A stretch of 64,000 nucleotides of DNA from contig CAXXGO010000001.1 in NCBI GenBank assembly GCA_963666835.2, forward strand, positions 224,001 to 288,000, in the 5' to 3' direction. Positions 1 to 11,063 of this stretch are shown piece after piece. The stretch's first letter is position 1. The number at the start of each line of letters is the position of its first letter. The notes under the pieces were generated by a model that saw nothing but the letters and a program-made list of their open reading frames with translations, was not told the DNA's origin and searched no databases. The stretch is from Phycisphaerae bacterium (GTDB taxonomy: Bacteria; Planctomycetota; Phycisphaerae; UBA1845). Made by a program: the position numbers and the translations under genes.

Positions 1-1
1 C

Positions 2-1954
2 GCCCGCCGAATGCGCGGCTGGGCGTTGCTCAGCCTGCACGCGGCGAGTTCGGGGCACTCCGGGGGCACGCTTTCGATCATGGACGTTGCGGCCGCTCTT
101 TACCTGCAGGTCATCCGTCACGACCCACAGAACCCGCAGTGGAGCGACCGCGATCGGGTGTACTGGTCGGTCGGACACAAGGCTCCGGCTCTGTACGTAG
201 CCCTGGCCTTCGCCGGGTACTTCGACCGGGCCGATTGTCTGAAACTCCGTCAATACGGCAGCGGACTCGAGGGCCATCCCAACCGTTTCGAGCTACCGGG
301 TGTCGAAGTGTCATCCGGATCGCTCGGGCAGGGTCTGAGCATATCCGTGGGCTCGGCGCTTAGCGCCCGACTGAACGGGCAGGCGTACCGCGTCTATTGC
401 ATCATGGGCGACGGTGAACAGCAGGAGGGGCAGGTTTGGGAAGCCGCCATGGCCGCCGCCCACTACAAACTCGACAACCTGACCGCCATTATCGACCAGA
501 ACCACCTGCAGATCGACGGACGGGTCGAGCAGGTAATGAACGTCTTCCCCTTAGCCGAAAAATACGCGGCCTTCGGCTGGAACGTGATCGAAACGGACGG
601 GCACGACCCGGATGAGCTGCTGTCCGCGTTCGAAAGTGCCGCCGCCGAAGTGGGCAAACCGACCCTTGTCATCGCCCAAACGATCAAAGGCAAAGGCGTG
701 TCATTCATGGAGGACGTTGCCGGGTGGCACGGAAAGGCCCCGAACCGCGCAGAGTTGGAAACCGCGCTGGCGGAGCTGCAATGCTCGTGGGATATTGACA
801 CTGAGCTGTCACAAACGCTTGAAGACCAAAAGCGGATCAGCGCTGAACTGCGCGCTGCGACCCCGTCTTTCAAAAACGACTATTGGTGGAACGCCGGAGG
901 CGAAATGCAGGTCGATCTGGAGCCCACCCGGCTCGGGTTCGGCAGATGCCTGCAAGAACATGGGGACGATCCGCGAGTTTGCTGCTTGGGCGCCGACATC
1001 TCCGACTCCATAGCCATGAGCGGCTTCTATAAGAACCACCCCGAGCGGCGGAACCGCTGGCTCTCCATGGGAATCGCGGAACAGTCCGGAACGTGCGTGG
1101 CCGCCGGGCTCGCCCTGGAGGGTAAGATCCCGGTCTTTGGAACGTACGGCGTGTTCGCGGCCGGGCGAGCCCTCGACCAGCTCCGCACCACGGTGTGCTA
1201 CAACAACCTGAACGTCAAGATCGCCGGGGCCCACGGCGGCGTGTCCGTCGGCCCGGACGGGGCTACCCACCAAGCCCTGGAGGAGTTCTTTCAGGTCTGC
1301 GGGCTGCCGAACATGCACGTCGTCGCCGGAGCCGACGACATTGAAACCGAACGACTGACCAGAACCTGCCTGTTCGACATTGACGGACCCTGCTACGTCC
1401 GCTTCGCCCGCGAGGCTACCCCGACCGTCACCACGGTGGATACCCCCCTGGTGTTCGGCAAAGCCAACGTGATTCGGTTCCGCGGAGTACAACCCCGGTT
1501 CGCAGACGCGTTCGAGACCGTCCCGGCCGACCAATACACTTGTGAAAATGAGGATGTCGCCATCATTTCCAACGGTCCGGAGCTGGCGGAAGCCATGCGG
1601 GCGGCCTGGATCCTCAAACAGGAATTCAGGCTCGAAACGCGGGTGATCAACGCCCATACTATGAAGCCGTTCGATGAGCAAGCGGTCGTACGCGCCGCGC
1701 GCGAATGCCCGGTGGTGCTCACTGCGGAAGAGCATCAGACCGGCGGCTTGGGCAACATCGTGGCCGGGGCGATTCTTCGGGCGGGGCTCGATCGCGGTGC
1801 CGACACTCCGTCACCGATCTTCGATATGATCGGCATCCCCGACAAGTTTGGCTGCTCGGGCAAACCCTGGGAACTTATTCGGGCGTTCGGGCTCTCCGCC
1901 GAGCACCTCGCCGCCCGAGCCCGCGATCTGATCGATAGACAATCGTCCACCTGA
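2..1954 (+). CDS. tkt: Transketolase, fused N-terminal TPP-binding and pyrimidine-binding/C-terminal halves; probably 5'-truncated by the window edge
   Basis: Motifs SGHSGG, GSLGQG, GDGEQQEG, MGIAEQ, GPDGATHQ and EEH. The frame is open from position 2. Confidence 0.9.
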   Translation, partial: ARRMRGWALLSLHAASSGHSGGTLSIMDVAAALYLQVIRHDPQNPQWSDRDRVYWSVGHKAPALYVALAFAGYFDRADCLKLRQYGSGLEGHPNRFELPGVEVSSGSLGQGLSISVGSALSARLNGQAYRVYCIMGDGEQQEGQVWEAAMAAAHYKLDNLTAIIDQNHLQIDGRVEQVMNVFPLAEKYAAFGWNVIETDGHDPDELLSAFESAAAEVGKPTLVIAQTIKGKGVSFMEDVAGWHGKAPNRAELETALAELQCSWDIDTELSQTLEDQKRISAELRAATPSFKNDYWWNAGGEMQVDLEPTRLGFGRCLQEHGDDPRVCCLGADISDSIAMSGFYKNHPERRNRWLSMGIAEQSGTCVAAGLALEGKIPVFGTYGVFAAGRALDQLRTTVCYNNLNVKIAGAHGGVSVGPDGATHQALEEFFQVCGLPNMHVVAGADDIETERLTRTCLFDIDGPCYVRFAREATPTVTTVDTPLVFGKANVIRFRGVQPRFADAFETVPADQYTCENEDVAIISNGPELAEAMRAAWILKQEFRLETRVINAHTMKPFDEQAVVRAARECPVVLTAEEHQTGGLGNIVAGAILRAGLDRGADTPSPIFDMIGIPDKFGCSGKPWELIRAFGLSAEHLAARARDLIDRQSST

Positions 1955-2138
1955 CCCGGGTTATTCACCCAAGTAGGTTGGGCTCTGCCCAACACCAAAC
2001 CAGCGTGAACAAGTAAGCCGCGCCGACCTCACGCCATCGAAAATGATTCGGTATACAAGAAGCATACTCCGCCCGTGGAAACAAACCGAGCCCACAAGGC
2101 GTCGGGCAAAGCCCGACCTACTTGCCTGACCGCGCCAA

Positions 2139-3752
2139 TCAGCCGGTTCGGGGCCTGATCAGAATTAACGAACCCACAACGAAGACAAGTAATGACATAT
2201 TTAAGACACCCCATTCAGAAACTGCCGGGACCGCGTCATCGCCGGGATCCGCCATTTCGAAGTCGTCCAGAATGGCCTTCGCCAAGTTGGACAGGGTGAC
2301 CGTGCTCACGTCTGCGTCGGCGAATACACTGACGGCCAAGTTGGCTTGCGGCCGGAGGACGAAACCGCTGGCAAACCCCGGTCGACTTCCTCCATGCCCC
2401 ACCTGAGCAACAGGTTCACCGGGCAAGGTATCGGTGAAGAAGCCAATACCGTAATAGGGCTCGTACGGACAACCGGGGGCACAGCCCAGATCGCTCGTCC
2501 GCTCCCAGAGGTCTCGGATCCCCTCTTGCGAAACCAACCCCCCAGGGCCGTGATACGCGGCCAGCAGAGCCTCGGCGAAATGGGCCAGGTCGACAACCGA
2601 GGCGATCACGCCGCCTGCCGGGTCGCGGGCTTCGGCATCCGCCTCATCCAGATGGTAGTATTGATACGAATACGGGTCGCCGGGCATGTCGTCACTACTG
2701 TAGAAGTTGTCTTCGCACCGTTCATCCACGGGGCTTACCTGGTTGATGTACGGACCAACGTGCATGGAGGACGCCTGCGCGACCGCGGCACCATCGCCGA
2801 TCGGCGTATTTCGCGCCCGAGCCCCATCAAGAGTCGCGGTGCACATACCCGCAGCGTCGAAGACGCGAGTCTGGAGAATGTGCTCGAAGCTCTGGCCGGT
2901 TCGACTGGCCAGGTAGGCGCCGGCGAGCGAGTAGTTGAACGCCGAGTACGCAAAGCCGCCTCCCAGGTTGCCGTACGTCGGACTATCGTAGTGAGGGGAG
3001 ACAAGATCGTCGGGTTCAAGCCAGAAGGCCGCCAAGTCATGCGGATAGCAGAACAAATGCAGAGCGCTGTCATCCAGACTGAACGCCCCCCGGTGACTGA
3101 GAAGCTGGCCCAGGGTCACCTCGCCATCAACGACGACCTGAGTCGCGTCGTCGTCATTAACATAATCCCCAAAGGAGAGCTCGCCGCTCTCTTCCAAGAC
3201 CTTCGCGGCGAGGGCCGCAACGGATTTACTGGTCGAACCCACACGATAGAGCCGGTTGACTCCGTCCGGATCATGTTCGTATTGACCTTGCCCCGTGTAC
3301 GTAAACGCATCGGCAAAATGCACGACACCGGACTTGACCACCGCAAACGCCACGTGGACGACGAACACCCCGTCGTTAGGATCCAGGAGCACCTGCACAA
3401 CTCTCTCCCGCGCCTTACATTCCGGTCGCGCGTCGTTGTCCGGGTCTTGATCCATCGGATCACAGGCACTCCAGTCGAATCCCGGATCGTAGATCACCGT
3501 CGGGCAGGTATCGTCGAGGTCGGGAATGCCATCTTCGTCGGTGTCGCTCTTGCCACCCCCCTCGGCGATCCGCGCGGCAGGACTCGCAATGTGTGGAATC
3601 GCAGTGCCCGGCGAGGGCTCCTCACTCCCGCCTGGCAGACGATCGCCCCGCCCGGAACGCACCACCACCGTAATTAGCAGAGCCGCGAGCACCGCTGACA
3701 GACGACTTTCACGTACAATCGCGGCCGATCTCGCCCTGAACACGCCCCGCAT
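2139..3752 (-). CDS. Secreted serine hydrolase (beta-lactamase/PBP-like family) with an IPTL-CTERM-like C-terminal sorting signal
   Basis: SxxK (GSTSKS), LLSHRG, YxN-like (YSAFNY) and GHGGS motifs; N-terminal hydrophobic segment; C-terminus VPAVSEWG + TM + basic residues. Start placed at ATG 3752 (ORF track starts at 3887). Confidence 0.8.
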   Translation of the reverse strand: MRGVFRARSAAIVRESRLSAVLAALLITVVVRSGRGDRLPGGSEEPSPGTAIPHIASPAARIAEGGGKSDTDEDGIPDLDDTCPTVIYDPGFDWSACDPMDQDPDNDARPECKARERVVQVLLDPNDGVFVVHVAFAVVKSGVVHFADAFTYTGQGQYEHDPDGVNRLYRVGSTSKSVAALAAKVLEESGELSFGDYVNDDDATQVVVDGEVTLGQLLSHRGAFSLDDSALHLFCYPHDLAAFWLEPDDLVSPHYDSPTYGNLGGGFAYSAFNYSLAGAYLASRTGQSFEHILQTRVFDAAGMCTATLDGARARNTPIGDGAAVAQASSMHVGPYINQVSPVDERCEDNFYSSDDMPGDPYSYQYYHLDEADAEARDPAGGVIASVVDLAHFAEALLAAYHGPGGLVSQEGIRDLWERTSDLGCAPGCPYEPYYGIGFFTDTLPGEPVAQVGHGGSRPGFASGFVLRPQANLAVSVFADADVSTVTLSNLAKAILDDFEMADPGDDAVPAVSEWGVLNMSLLVFVVGSLILIRPRTG

Positions 3753-3955
3753 CTTCACCTTCCTCAGAGATTGCCCACCACCCAAGTGCGAAACCCGGAT
3801 TATACCCGAGGTGCCACCCTTAACTCCAGCCGGAACCTCGAGCCCTGGCCAGGAAGGGTGGCCGCACAATCGCCCACCCGGGAACAACGCCGGTTGGGTC
3901 TATGATCCGCGAGATTATAGGACTACGCGGCGAGTACGGCGCTATCGCCAGCGTC

Positions 3956-5407
3956 TCAATCACCGGAACCGCCGCCAAACCTCTGCCCGGCGGCATTGTT
4001 CGGTAGGACGGCAACGCGGGCAGCGTCCTTTTCCACGAGGATCATCCCGACCAGCATGCCATCGCGGCGCGCCAGCACACTCGCCCCGTGCCACGCGGGG
4101 TCTATCGATATGGCCGAATCGATCTGCCACCATTGGCCTTCAGGTGTCAATCTTGTGTCAGTCAAAGGCAACACGGCCCCCGCCGGGTCGGCTACGGCGA
4201 GGCAATCCTCCGGCTCGATGGGAAACCGCCGCGACGAAGCCGGCCACGAAACCGGCGTCACCCGCACGTCCAGCAGCGCTAGCCTGCCGTCGGTCCAAGC
4301 CGGACCGGACGTCAGCGGGACCGCACGGCCGGCAACTTCAAGCACTACGGAATCGGGATCGACCTTGTCTGACGGATTCAACAGATCCGCCGGACCGAGC
4401 AAGCCCCCCTCCGTTTGCAGCACCCAGCCCCGGCGAGATTGCTCGGATTTTATCCAACGACCTTGCTCCCAGCCGATTACCGCCCGCATCGGCGCCGGCA
4501 TGACCGCCCCGGCCGGAAGGAAGGAACTGCCGATTGCCGCCAGCGGCTCCCACTCCAACCAATCCTCCGGAGGATCCTCCGCTAAACGAAAGCGATGCCC
4601 GGTACGAACCACTTCTCCCGCGGCGCCCGGGGTCGCCAGGGCAATGCCCCCGGCCAGAAGCGCTTCGAGTGATTCAAACCCCAGCGAGACTCCACCGATC
4701 CCTAAGCGTGCTTCGAGCCCTCCAACACTCCAGAACTGCGTATCGGAACGAATCAGCTGGGAATAAGCCTTCTTGATATGCACCCGAGATTCCACCCCAC
4801 TGCCGTCTCCCGTCAAGCCGACAGATAGAACCGTTCCGACCGGCACTTGCCGGTATAACACTGGCACTCCGGGACGCACGCTACCGCGTTGCGCCGTCTC
4901 CAAAACAACCTCCAGATCTCCGGGATCAACAGGCTCGACAATCGGAGCACAATCCAATCCGATGAAATGCCGGCGCGGCGAACCCTCCCCCGGAAGCAAA
5001 GCCAAGTACCGCGGACCGATGAGAGTCTCCAGACCGGCAACTCCGGTGATGTCGAACTGCGGGCGGACGACCCAGATTCGAGTGCCCGCCCGGGCGAGCC
5101 GGTCGGCCTGCCCTTGCAGCGCGGCCGTCACGACAATCCCCGCAGAGTCTTCAGTCAGTTCGATCGCGCGCACCTGCCCTACCACGATCCCGCGATAGCG
5201 CACCTCGTCACCCGGACCAAGCCCATGCCCCTGCTCAAACTGAACGGTAATCAGCACCCCGCGCAACAGCCACGAATGATAACCCAGCCACCCAGCGAGA
5301 ATCACCGCTAATAACGGTATCAGCCAGGCGCGCGACAGACGCCGCTCCGGCCGAAGCACGGCCTGCGGCATGCTCTCGGTTTCTGCGGTCGGTTCCATAG
5401 GTCTCAC
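3956..5407 (-). CDS. pqiB: PqiB-like MCE/MlaD-domain intermembrane transport protein
   Basis: N-terminal TM (WLIPLLAVILAGWL), two MCE repeats (GL.PG.EVRYRGIVVGQV; G.PVLYRQVPVGTV), GLETLIGPRY; adjacent to pqiA. Confidence 0.85.
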   Translation of the reverse strand: MRPMEPTAETESMPQAVLRPERRLSRAWLIPLLAVILAGWLGYHSWLLRGVLITVQFEQGHGLGPGDEVRYRGIVVGQVRAIELTEDSAGIVVTAALQGQADRLARAGTRIWVVRPQFDITGVAGLETLIGPRYLALLPGEGSPRRHFIGLDCAPIVEPVDPGDLEVVLETAQRGSVRPGVPVLYRQVPVGTVLSVGLTGDGSGVESRVHIKKAYSQLIRSDTQFWSVGGLEARLGIGGVSLGFESLEALLAGGIALATPGAAGEVVRTGHRFRLAEDPPEDWLEWEPLAAIGSSFLPAGAVMPAPMRAVIGWEQGRWIKSEQSRRGWVLQTEGGLLGPADLLNPSDKVDPDSVVLEVAGRAVPLTSGPAWTDGRLALLDVRVTPVSWPASSRRFPIEPEDCLAVADPAGAVLPLTDTRLTPEGQWWQIDSAISIDPAWHGASVLARRDGMLVGMILVEKDAARVAVLPNNAAGQRFGGGSGD

Positions 5408-5510
5408 CTGATGGGCCTATATCCAGAATTCATCCCTTCTGCGCCGCAACGGACTCGGCCCCGCCGCGCCCCACTCCAACGGCCCGGATACGCCGTCGGT
5501 CAGTGTATCT

Positions 5511-6227
5511 CTACACCCTCTTATTCTGTTCTCCACCTGAGTCGGAAACTTGCGGCGAAGCGAAAGCTGCCACCTCCCAAAGACTGTGCGGGTCGAACGT
5601 CGCCGTCGCCAGCAGGCTCAATACTACGCAGCACGTAAACGCCAACGCGGCCGGGCCCGCGCCCACTTCCACCAAGTCGCCGATCTTCAAAACGGCCACG
5701 AGAATAGCTACCAACAGCACATCCAACATGCCCCAGCGTCCGGCCCACTCGACAACGTGGTAGGTCATTGCGCGGTGCGCATGTCTCAACCGCAGTCCCC
5801 CGGCCGACAGAACAAACAGCGCAATCAACTTCCCAAGCGGCAGCACAATCGAGCAGAGTAATACTACTACTCCAACAACGATGTGCCCGGACCCCAGCAA
5901 GGTGGCCGTGCCCTCGATAATACTCGCATCGTTATGGTGCCCGAACCTCTCAACGCGGATCATCGGAAGCGCCACGGCCAGCGGATAGAGGATCAGTGCC
6001 GCCAACGCGATCGCCGCGGTACGGTTGTTGCTGCGAAGAGCGGTCGACCGTTTGTGCAGGCTCGTGCCGCACCGGGCACAGCACGCCCGCATCCGCTGCG
6101 GTACCGGCGGGACCTTCTGGGTCAGCCCGCAGCACGGGCACGCCCGGATTGCAGCGGCAGACATTTCCATGACATCAGATTCAGGCATGACCATTTCAGT
6201 CAAGGCTACTCTCGTACCAGACCGCAC
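5511..6227 (-). CDS. pqiA: Paraquat-inducible protein A (single PqiA domain)
   Basis: CxxC...CxxC N-terminus, TM helices, GRWGMLDV motif. Start codon uncertain. Confidence 0.85.
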   Translation of the reverse strand: MRSGTRVALTEMVMPESDVMEMSAAAIRACPCCGLTQKVPPVPQRMRACCARCGTSLHKRSTALRSNNRTAAIALAALILYPLAVALPMIRVERFGHHNDASIIEGTATLLGSGHIVVGVVVLLCSIVLPLGKLIALFVLSAGGLRLRHAHRAMTYHVVEWAGRWGMLDVLLVAILVAVLKIGDLVEVGAGPAALAFTCCVVLSLLATATFDPHSLWEVAAFASPQVSDSGGEQNKRV

Positions 6228-6638
6228 AGTCGGCGCAAGCGCTACCGGCTGCGACTGTTCAGATTGTCCGTGTACCCGCCCGACCCTGCTCCGTCAAATG
6301 CCGGGTAGCCGCCGGATAGCGCGGAAGCTCAGAAAGCCGCTCTTCCGCAAGAGCAATGAATGGACCCGCGATCCGCTCCCGCAATATGGGACCTTCACAC
6401 CCGGGGGCGCGGCGCGGTAGCGATAAAACCCGGGGAAGCCCTGGCAGCAAAGGGGCCACCGGCCTCAAGCCTAGTTAATCTACTTAGTTGTCGATGTAGC
6501 GGTACGTGCAGACCGTCAGTTCCGCCTCGTCAGGCTGGTGGGCATCTAAGGTGCGCTTGGGCGTCGAAGAACGCGCACACACCGAATCGGGGCGGTCCGC
6601 GCGAATGCCAAGATGGTCCGTTCCGGCAAGGTGATTCG

Positions 6639-8531
6639 ATGTCGCTAAGATCGAAGGTGCTTGCGATCGTCATGGTCGTCGTTGTCTTATACGGCGGCAT
6701 GAGCCTCGCGATCCAACGGTTGATTGTCTATCCCAGCTTCGTCGCCCTGGAAAAGGCGGAGGCGGAAAAAGACATGATGCGCTGCGTGGAAGCCCTGGAT
6801 CGTGAGGTCCATCACCTCGACGCCTTCGTCCACGATTGGGCCGCGTGGGATGCGACGTACGAATTCATCGTGGAGCCGAACGAGGAATACCAGCAGGGAA
6901 ACTTGATCCAGTCAGCGTTCGTCGACAACTCCATCAATCTCATCTTTCTGGTGAATTCGGACCGAAAGGTCGTGTGGGGGCAGACTCTCGATCTGGACAC
7001 CGAGCAGCATATCGATCTTGGGGGCTTCCCGCCGGATCACTGGCCGGAGAACCACCCCCTGCTGCTCCGTGATTTCGCTGAAGATTCCCTTGCAGACACG
7101 AACATCGCCGGCATATTGCTCACCGAGCGAGCGCCGATGCTGGTCTCTTCCCGGCCGATCCTCACCTCGGAAAACACCGGACCTGTCCGCGGGCATTTAG
7201 TAATGGGGCGGTTCCTGGACGAGCCGCGTATCGCCGCGTTGGCCGAGCAGACTCGCGTGGACCTGGAGGTTCTAAGGATTGCAGATACCTCGCTGACGCC
7301 GGCCGAACATGAGGTCCTTGGAAGAGCATCGTCAGCGGGCTTTCCGCAGCTTCGCGAGGCGGGCGACGATACACTTTTCGTCTACGCCGCCCAGGCGGAC
7401 ATCCTCGGGGTCCCCGCGTTGCTTCTGCGGGCGCAGATTCCCAAGGAAATAACCGCCCGAGGGCGCGCGGCCGTGTGGTTCGCGATGATCTCCGTTTCCG
7501 TGATCGGTTTGGCGATCCTGTTGACCTTGGTTTGGCTGCTGCAGCGAATCGTGGTCGGACCGATCATCAGGCTGACCGATCACGCCATCCGTATCGGGCA
7601 AAACGACGATCTGACCACAAAGCTGCCGCTGCATACGGGTGACGAAATCGGGACACTGGCAACCGAGTTCAACCGGATGGTGGACCGGTTGGCGGATGCG
7701 CGGCAGCGACTCTCGGAACAGTCGTATCGTTCCGGGCTCGCGGAGATGGCCTCCGGGACCCTGCACCACGTACGCAACGCCCTGACACCGATGCTCGGCG
7801 ATCTCGAGAAACTCCGTCTGGAGTTCAAGAAGACCCCACTGGACCAGATTGAGAGGGCCAAACAGGAGCTGGCCGACGAGACTCTTTCTCCGGAACGTCG
7901 GGGCGATCTGTCGCGTTTCCTGGACTTAGCCGGGAACCAGTTGGTCTCCGTGGCCCGCCGCACCCAGCAGGACCTTGCGGACGCAACGGGACGGGCGCGT
8001 GACGTGGAGAAGATCCTCGCCGAGCAAGAGTCCGTCAGTCGCGCCGAGCGCCCTTTGGAAACAGTGCAATTGGACCGCTTGGTAGAACAAGCGGCAGCGT
8101 CATTCCCCGCCGACCTGCGGGAGGTTATCGAGGTGAAAGCCAGCGCATCCGTGGCGGAGACCGGCTCGATCCGCACGCATCGCGTGGTTTTCGCTCAAGT
8201 CGTCGCCGGTCTACTCACCAACGCCGCGGAATCGGCGCTTCGAAGCGAGAAGCCACACGGATGCGTTGGCATCGAAGCAGCTCCAGAAACGATCGACGGG
8301 GTAGACATGGTGCATCTGCAGGTACGGGACAACGGCGACGGCGCCACCCGGGAGCAACTCAACCGCATCTTCGAACGCGACCACGCACCGGAGAAGAGCA
8401 CTCGGACTCTCGGGCTGCATTGGTGTGCCAACACAGTAAACGCAATGGGCGGACGGATCTTCGCGGAAAGTGACGGACTGGGAAAAGGAACTTGTCTGCA
8501 CCTTCTGATCCCCCGGACGCTATCAGGATGA
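6639..8531 (+). CDS. Membrane sensor histidine kinase (CHASE4-HAMP-HisKA-HATPase)
   Basis: TM, CHASE4-type [11 protein letters not shown], second TM, HAMP ([14 protein letters not shown]), H-box LHHVRN, N-box NAAES, DNGDG. Start at ATG 6639. Confidence 0.85.
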   Translation: MSLRSKVLAIVMVVVVLYGGMSLAIQRLIVYPSFVALEKAEAEKDMMRCVEALDREVHHLDAFVHDWAAWDATYEFIVEPNEEYQQGNLIQSAFVDNSINLIFLVNSDRKVVWGQTLDLDTEQHIDLGGFPPDHWPENHPLLLRDFAEDSLADTNIAGILLTERAPMLVSSRPILTSENTGPVRGHLVMGRFLDEPRIAALAEQTRVDLEVLRIADTSLTPAEHEVLGRASSAGFPQLREAGDDTLFVYAAQADILGVPALLLRAQIPKEITARGRAAVWFAMISVSVIGLAILLTLVWLLQRIVVGPIIRLTDHAIRIGQNDDLTTKLPLHTGDEIGTLATEFNRMVDRLADARQRLSEQSYRSGLAEMASGTLHHVRNALTPMLGDLEKLRLEFKKTPLDQIERAKQELADETLSPERRGDLSRFLDLAGNQLVSVARRTQQDLADATGRARDVEKILAEQESVSRAERPLETVQLDRLVEQAAASFPADLREVIEVKASASVAETGSIRTHRVVFAQVVAGLLTNAAESALRSEKPHGCVGIEAAPETIDGVDMVHLQVRDNGDGATREQLNRIFERDHAPEKSTRTLGLHWCANTVNAMGGRIFAESDGLGKGTCLHLLIPRTLSG

Positions 8532-8544
8532 GAGGACTGCACGG

Positions 8545-10890
8545 TTGACGGGTAGGACGAACATCAACGAATACGGCCCGACTCGGATTCTCGTCGCCGA
8601 AGACGAACCGAGCATTCTGCGCATGTATGAGCAAGTGCTGGGCGAACCACAGACTTCGCCATCCGAATCGGAAATGGCGGACCTTGCCGGCAAGTTGTTC
8701 GGGGACACGCCGACGCCGTCACCGAGACCCTCTTTGTTTGACGTGGTCGCCTGTTCTCAGGGGGATGAAGCGGTGGACGCGGCGCGGGCGGCGATAGCGG
8801 AGGGCCGACCCTTTGCCGTCGCTTTTCTCGACATTCGGATGCCGCCGGGACCTGACGGGGTGTGGGCCGCGGAACATCTGCGGAGCATGGACGAAGATCT
8901 GCATATCGTCATCGTTACGGGATACTCCGACCTCGATCCAATGGAAATCGCCGAACGGATCCCGCCGGTGGATCGACTCCTGTACCTCCAAAAGCCGTTC
9001 AGCGATCACGAAATCCGCCAGTGTGCATACGCGCTCAGCGCCAAATGGCACCTGGAGCGGAACCTGCGCAAAGCCAATTCAGCTCTCGAAGCCCGTGTGC
9101 GCGAACGCACCGCCGAACTGGCCTCGGCGAACCGGCAGATGCTCCAAGAGATTGAACAGCGAAAGCGAATAGACGCCGAACTGCGGCAACATGCTGAGTT
9201 GCTCGAAAGCAAGAATGCGGAGCTGGAATCACAGAGCGAACGCCTTCAAAGGGAAGAGCAGAAACTCCGGGAGATCGAGGAGCATCAGCGGATTATTCTC
9301 GACTCCATCCACGCCGGGGTCGTGCTGATCGATGCGGAAACGCACCGGATAGTCGACGCCAACCAGGCCGCTCTGCGGATGTTCGAGGCCGACTCCGAGC
9401 AAGTCATCGGCAACATCTGTCACAAACACATCTGCCCGGCTGAACGGGGAAGCTGCCCGATTACCGATCTGCACGCGGAAGTAGACAACTCCGAGCGAGT
9501 CTTGCTCACCAGCGTGGGACAGTCGGTGCCGATCCTCAAGACCATTATCCCGGTTACTTTGGGCGGGCGGGCTATGCTGCTCGAGAGTTTCGTGGACATC
9601 ACTAAACGTAAGCGCCAGGAGCGCGAGCTGCAGCAGGCCAAAGAAGCCGCCGAGGCCGCCAGCCGAGCGAAAACGGAGTTCCTGGCCAATATGAGTCACG
9701 AAATCCGCACGCCCATGACCGCGATCCTGGGCTTCGCGGATGTGCTCATGGATCAGGCGGAATCCACGAAAGCCCCGCCGGATCACATCCAGGCCGTGAG
9801 CACCATCAAGCTCAACGGAGCCCACCTGCTGCGCATTATCGACGACATCCTCGACCTTTCGAGAATCGAAGCCGGCGAGATGCCGATCGAGCGGATTAGT
9901 TGCTCACCGTGTCGCCTCATTGCCGAGGTCGTGTCCTTAATGCAGGTCCGCGCTGATGCCAAGAACTTGGCATTTAATATCGAGTTCGGGGAAGGCGGAA
10001 TCCCCGAGACCATCCGGACGGACCCGACCCGCCTCCGCCAGATTCTGATCAACCTGATCGGCAATGCCATCAAGTTCACGACGCACGGCGGCGTGCGCTT
10101 GCTGGTTCGCCTGCTCAACGAGCGAAAGCCTCGCATGCAGTTCGATGTGGTGGACACGGGAATCGGGCTGACCGGCGCTGAAACCGCCCGGCTCTTCAAG
10201 CCGTTCTCCCAGGCTGATAGCTCGACGACCCGGCAGTACGGTGGGACCGGGCTCGGGCTTACCATCAGCAAACGAATGGCTGAGGCGTTGGGTGGAGACA
10301 TCGAAATCATCGATACCAAACCGGGGCTGGGAACGCGCTTCCGCGCCACCGTAACCACAGGACCGCTGGACGGAATCAAGTTCGTACAAGACCCCCTTTC
10401 AGTGACAATGGCCCCGGTCGACTTCTCCCCGGCGCCCAAACCGACAGAAGACAGCCTAACCGGCTGCCGGATCCTGGTCGCCGAGGACAACCCCACGAAC
10501 CAGATTGTCGTAAAAGGGATTCTGGAGAAGGCCGGGGCGGATGTCGCCGTGGTGGGAAACGGCAAACTCGCGGTAGAGACGGTGCTCGCAGCTATGCCGC
10601 CCAACTCCGAAACGCCGCCCTTCGATGTCGTCCTAATGGACATTCAGATGCCCGTGATGGATGGGTACGAGGCCACCACGCGCTTACGCCAAAGAGGATA
10701 CGCCGGACCAATCATCGCGTTGACGGCTCATGCCATGGAAATGGACCGGAAAGCGTGCCTCGACGCCGGGTGCGATGACCACGCGACCAAACCCATCAAA
10801 CGCCGGCAACTCCTCGGCAAAATCCGCGCGCTAGTGGATGCAAAAAACGCCGATGGTCAACCGAGACCGGCGGCCACCGGGGTTTCATAA
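8545..10890 (+). CDS. Hybrid sensor kinase/response regulator (REC-PAS-HisKA-HATPase-REC)
   Basis: [50 protein letters not shown]. Confidence 0.92.
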   Translation: MTGRTNINEYGPTRILVAEDEPSILRMYEQVLGEPQTSPSESEMADLAGKLFGDTPTPSPRPSLFDVVACSQGDEAVDAARAAIAEGRPFAVAFLDIRMPPGPDGVWAAEHLRSMDEDLHIVIVTGYSDLDPMEIAERIPPVDRLLYLQKPFSDHEIRQCAYALSAKWHLERNLRKANSALEARVRERTAELASANRQMLQEIEQRKRIDAELRQHAELLESKNAELESQSERLQREEQKLREIEEHQRIILDSIHAGVVLIDAETHRIVDANQAALRMFEADSEQVIGNICHKHICPAERGSCPITDLHAEVDNSERVLLTSVGQSVPILKTIIPVTLGGRAMLLESFVDITKRKRQERELQQAKEAAEAASRAKTEFLANMSHEIRTPMTAILGFADVLMDQAESTKAPPDHIQAVSTIKLNGAHLLRIIDDILDLSRIEAGEMPIERISCSPCRLIAEVVSLMQVRADAKNLAFNIEFGEGGIPETIRTDPTRLRQILINLIGNAIKFTTHGGVRLLVRLLNERKPRMQFDVVDTGIGLTGAETARLFKPFSQADSSTTRQYGGTGLGLTISKRMAEALGGDIEIIDTKPGLGTRFRATVTTGPLDGIKFVQDPLSVTMAPVDFSPAPKPTEDSLTGCRILVAEDNPTNQIVVKGILEKAGADVAVVGNGKLAVETVLAAMPPNSETPPFDVVLMDIQMPVMDGYEATTRLRQRGYAGPIIALTAHAMEMDRKACLDAGCDDHATKPIKRRQLLGKIRALVDAKNADGQPRPAATGVS

Positions 10891-11063
10891 CGCTCGTCCA
10901 AATCCTCAAGGCCCTGCCGGTGGAGAATCCACCGGCCAAGAGCCGATTATTCTGAATGGGGCTCGGGTGTGCGGATTGACCGATAGCCCCTCGCGGGAGG
11001 GTGGTTCGCCCCCAGGGCTCGTGAAGACAACTCCATGTGGCCAAGTGCAAGGAGGCGTGAATA

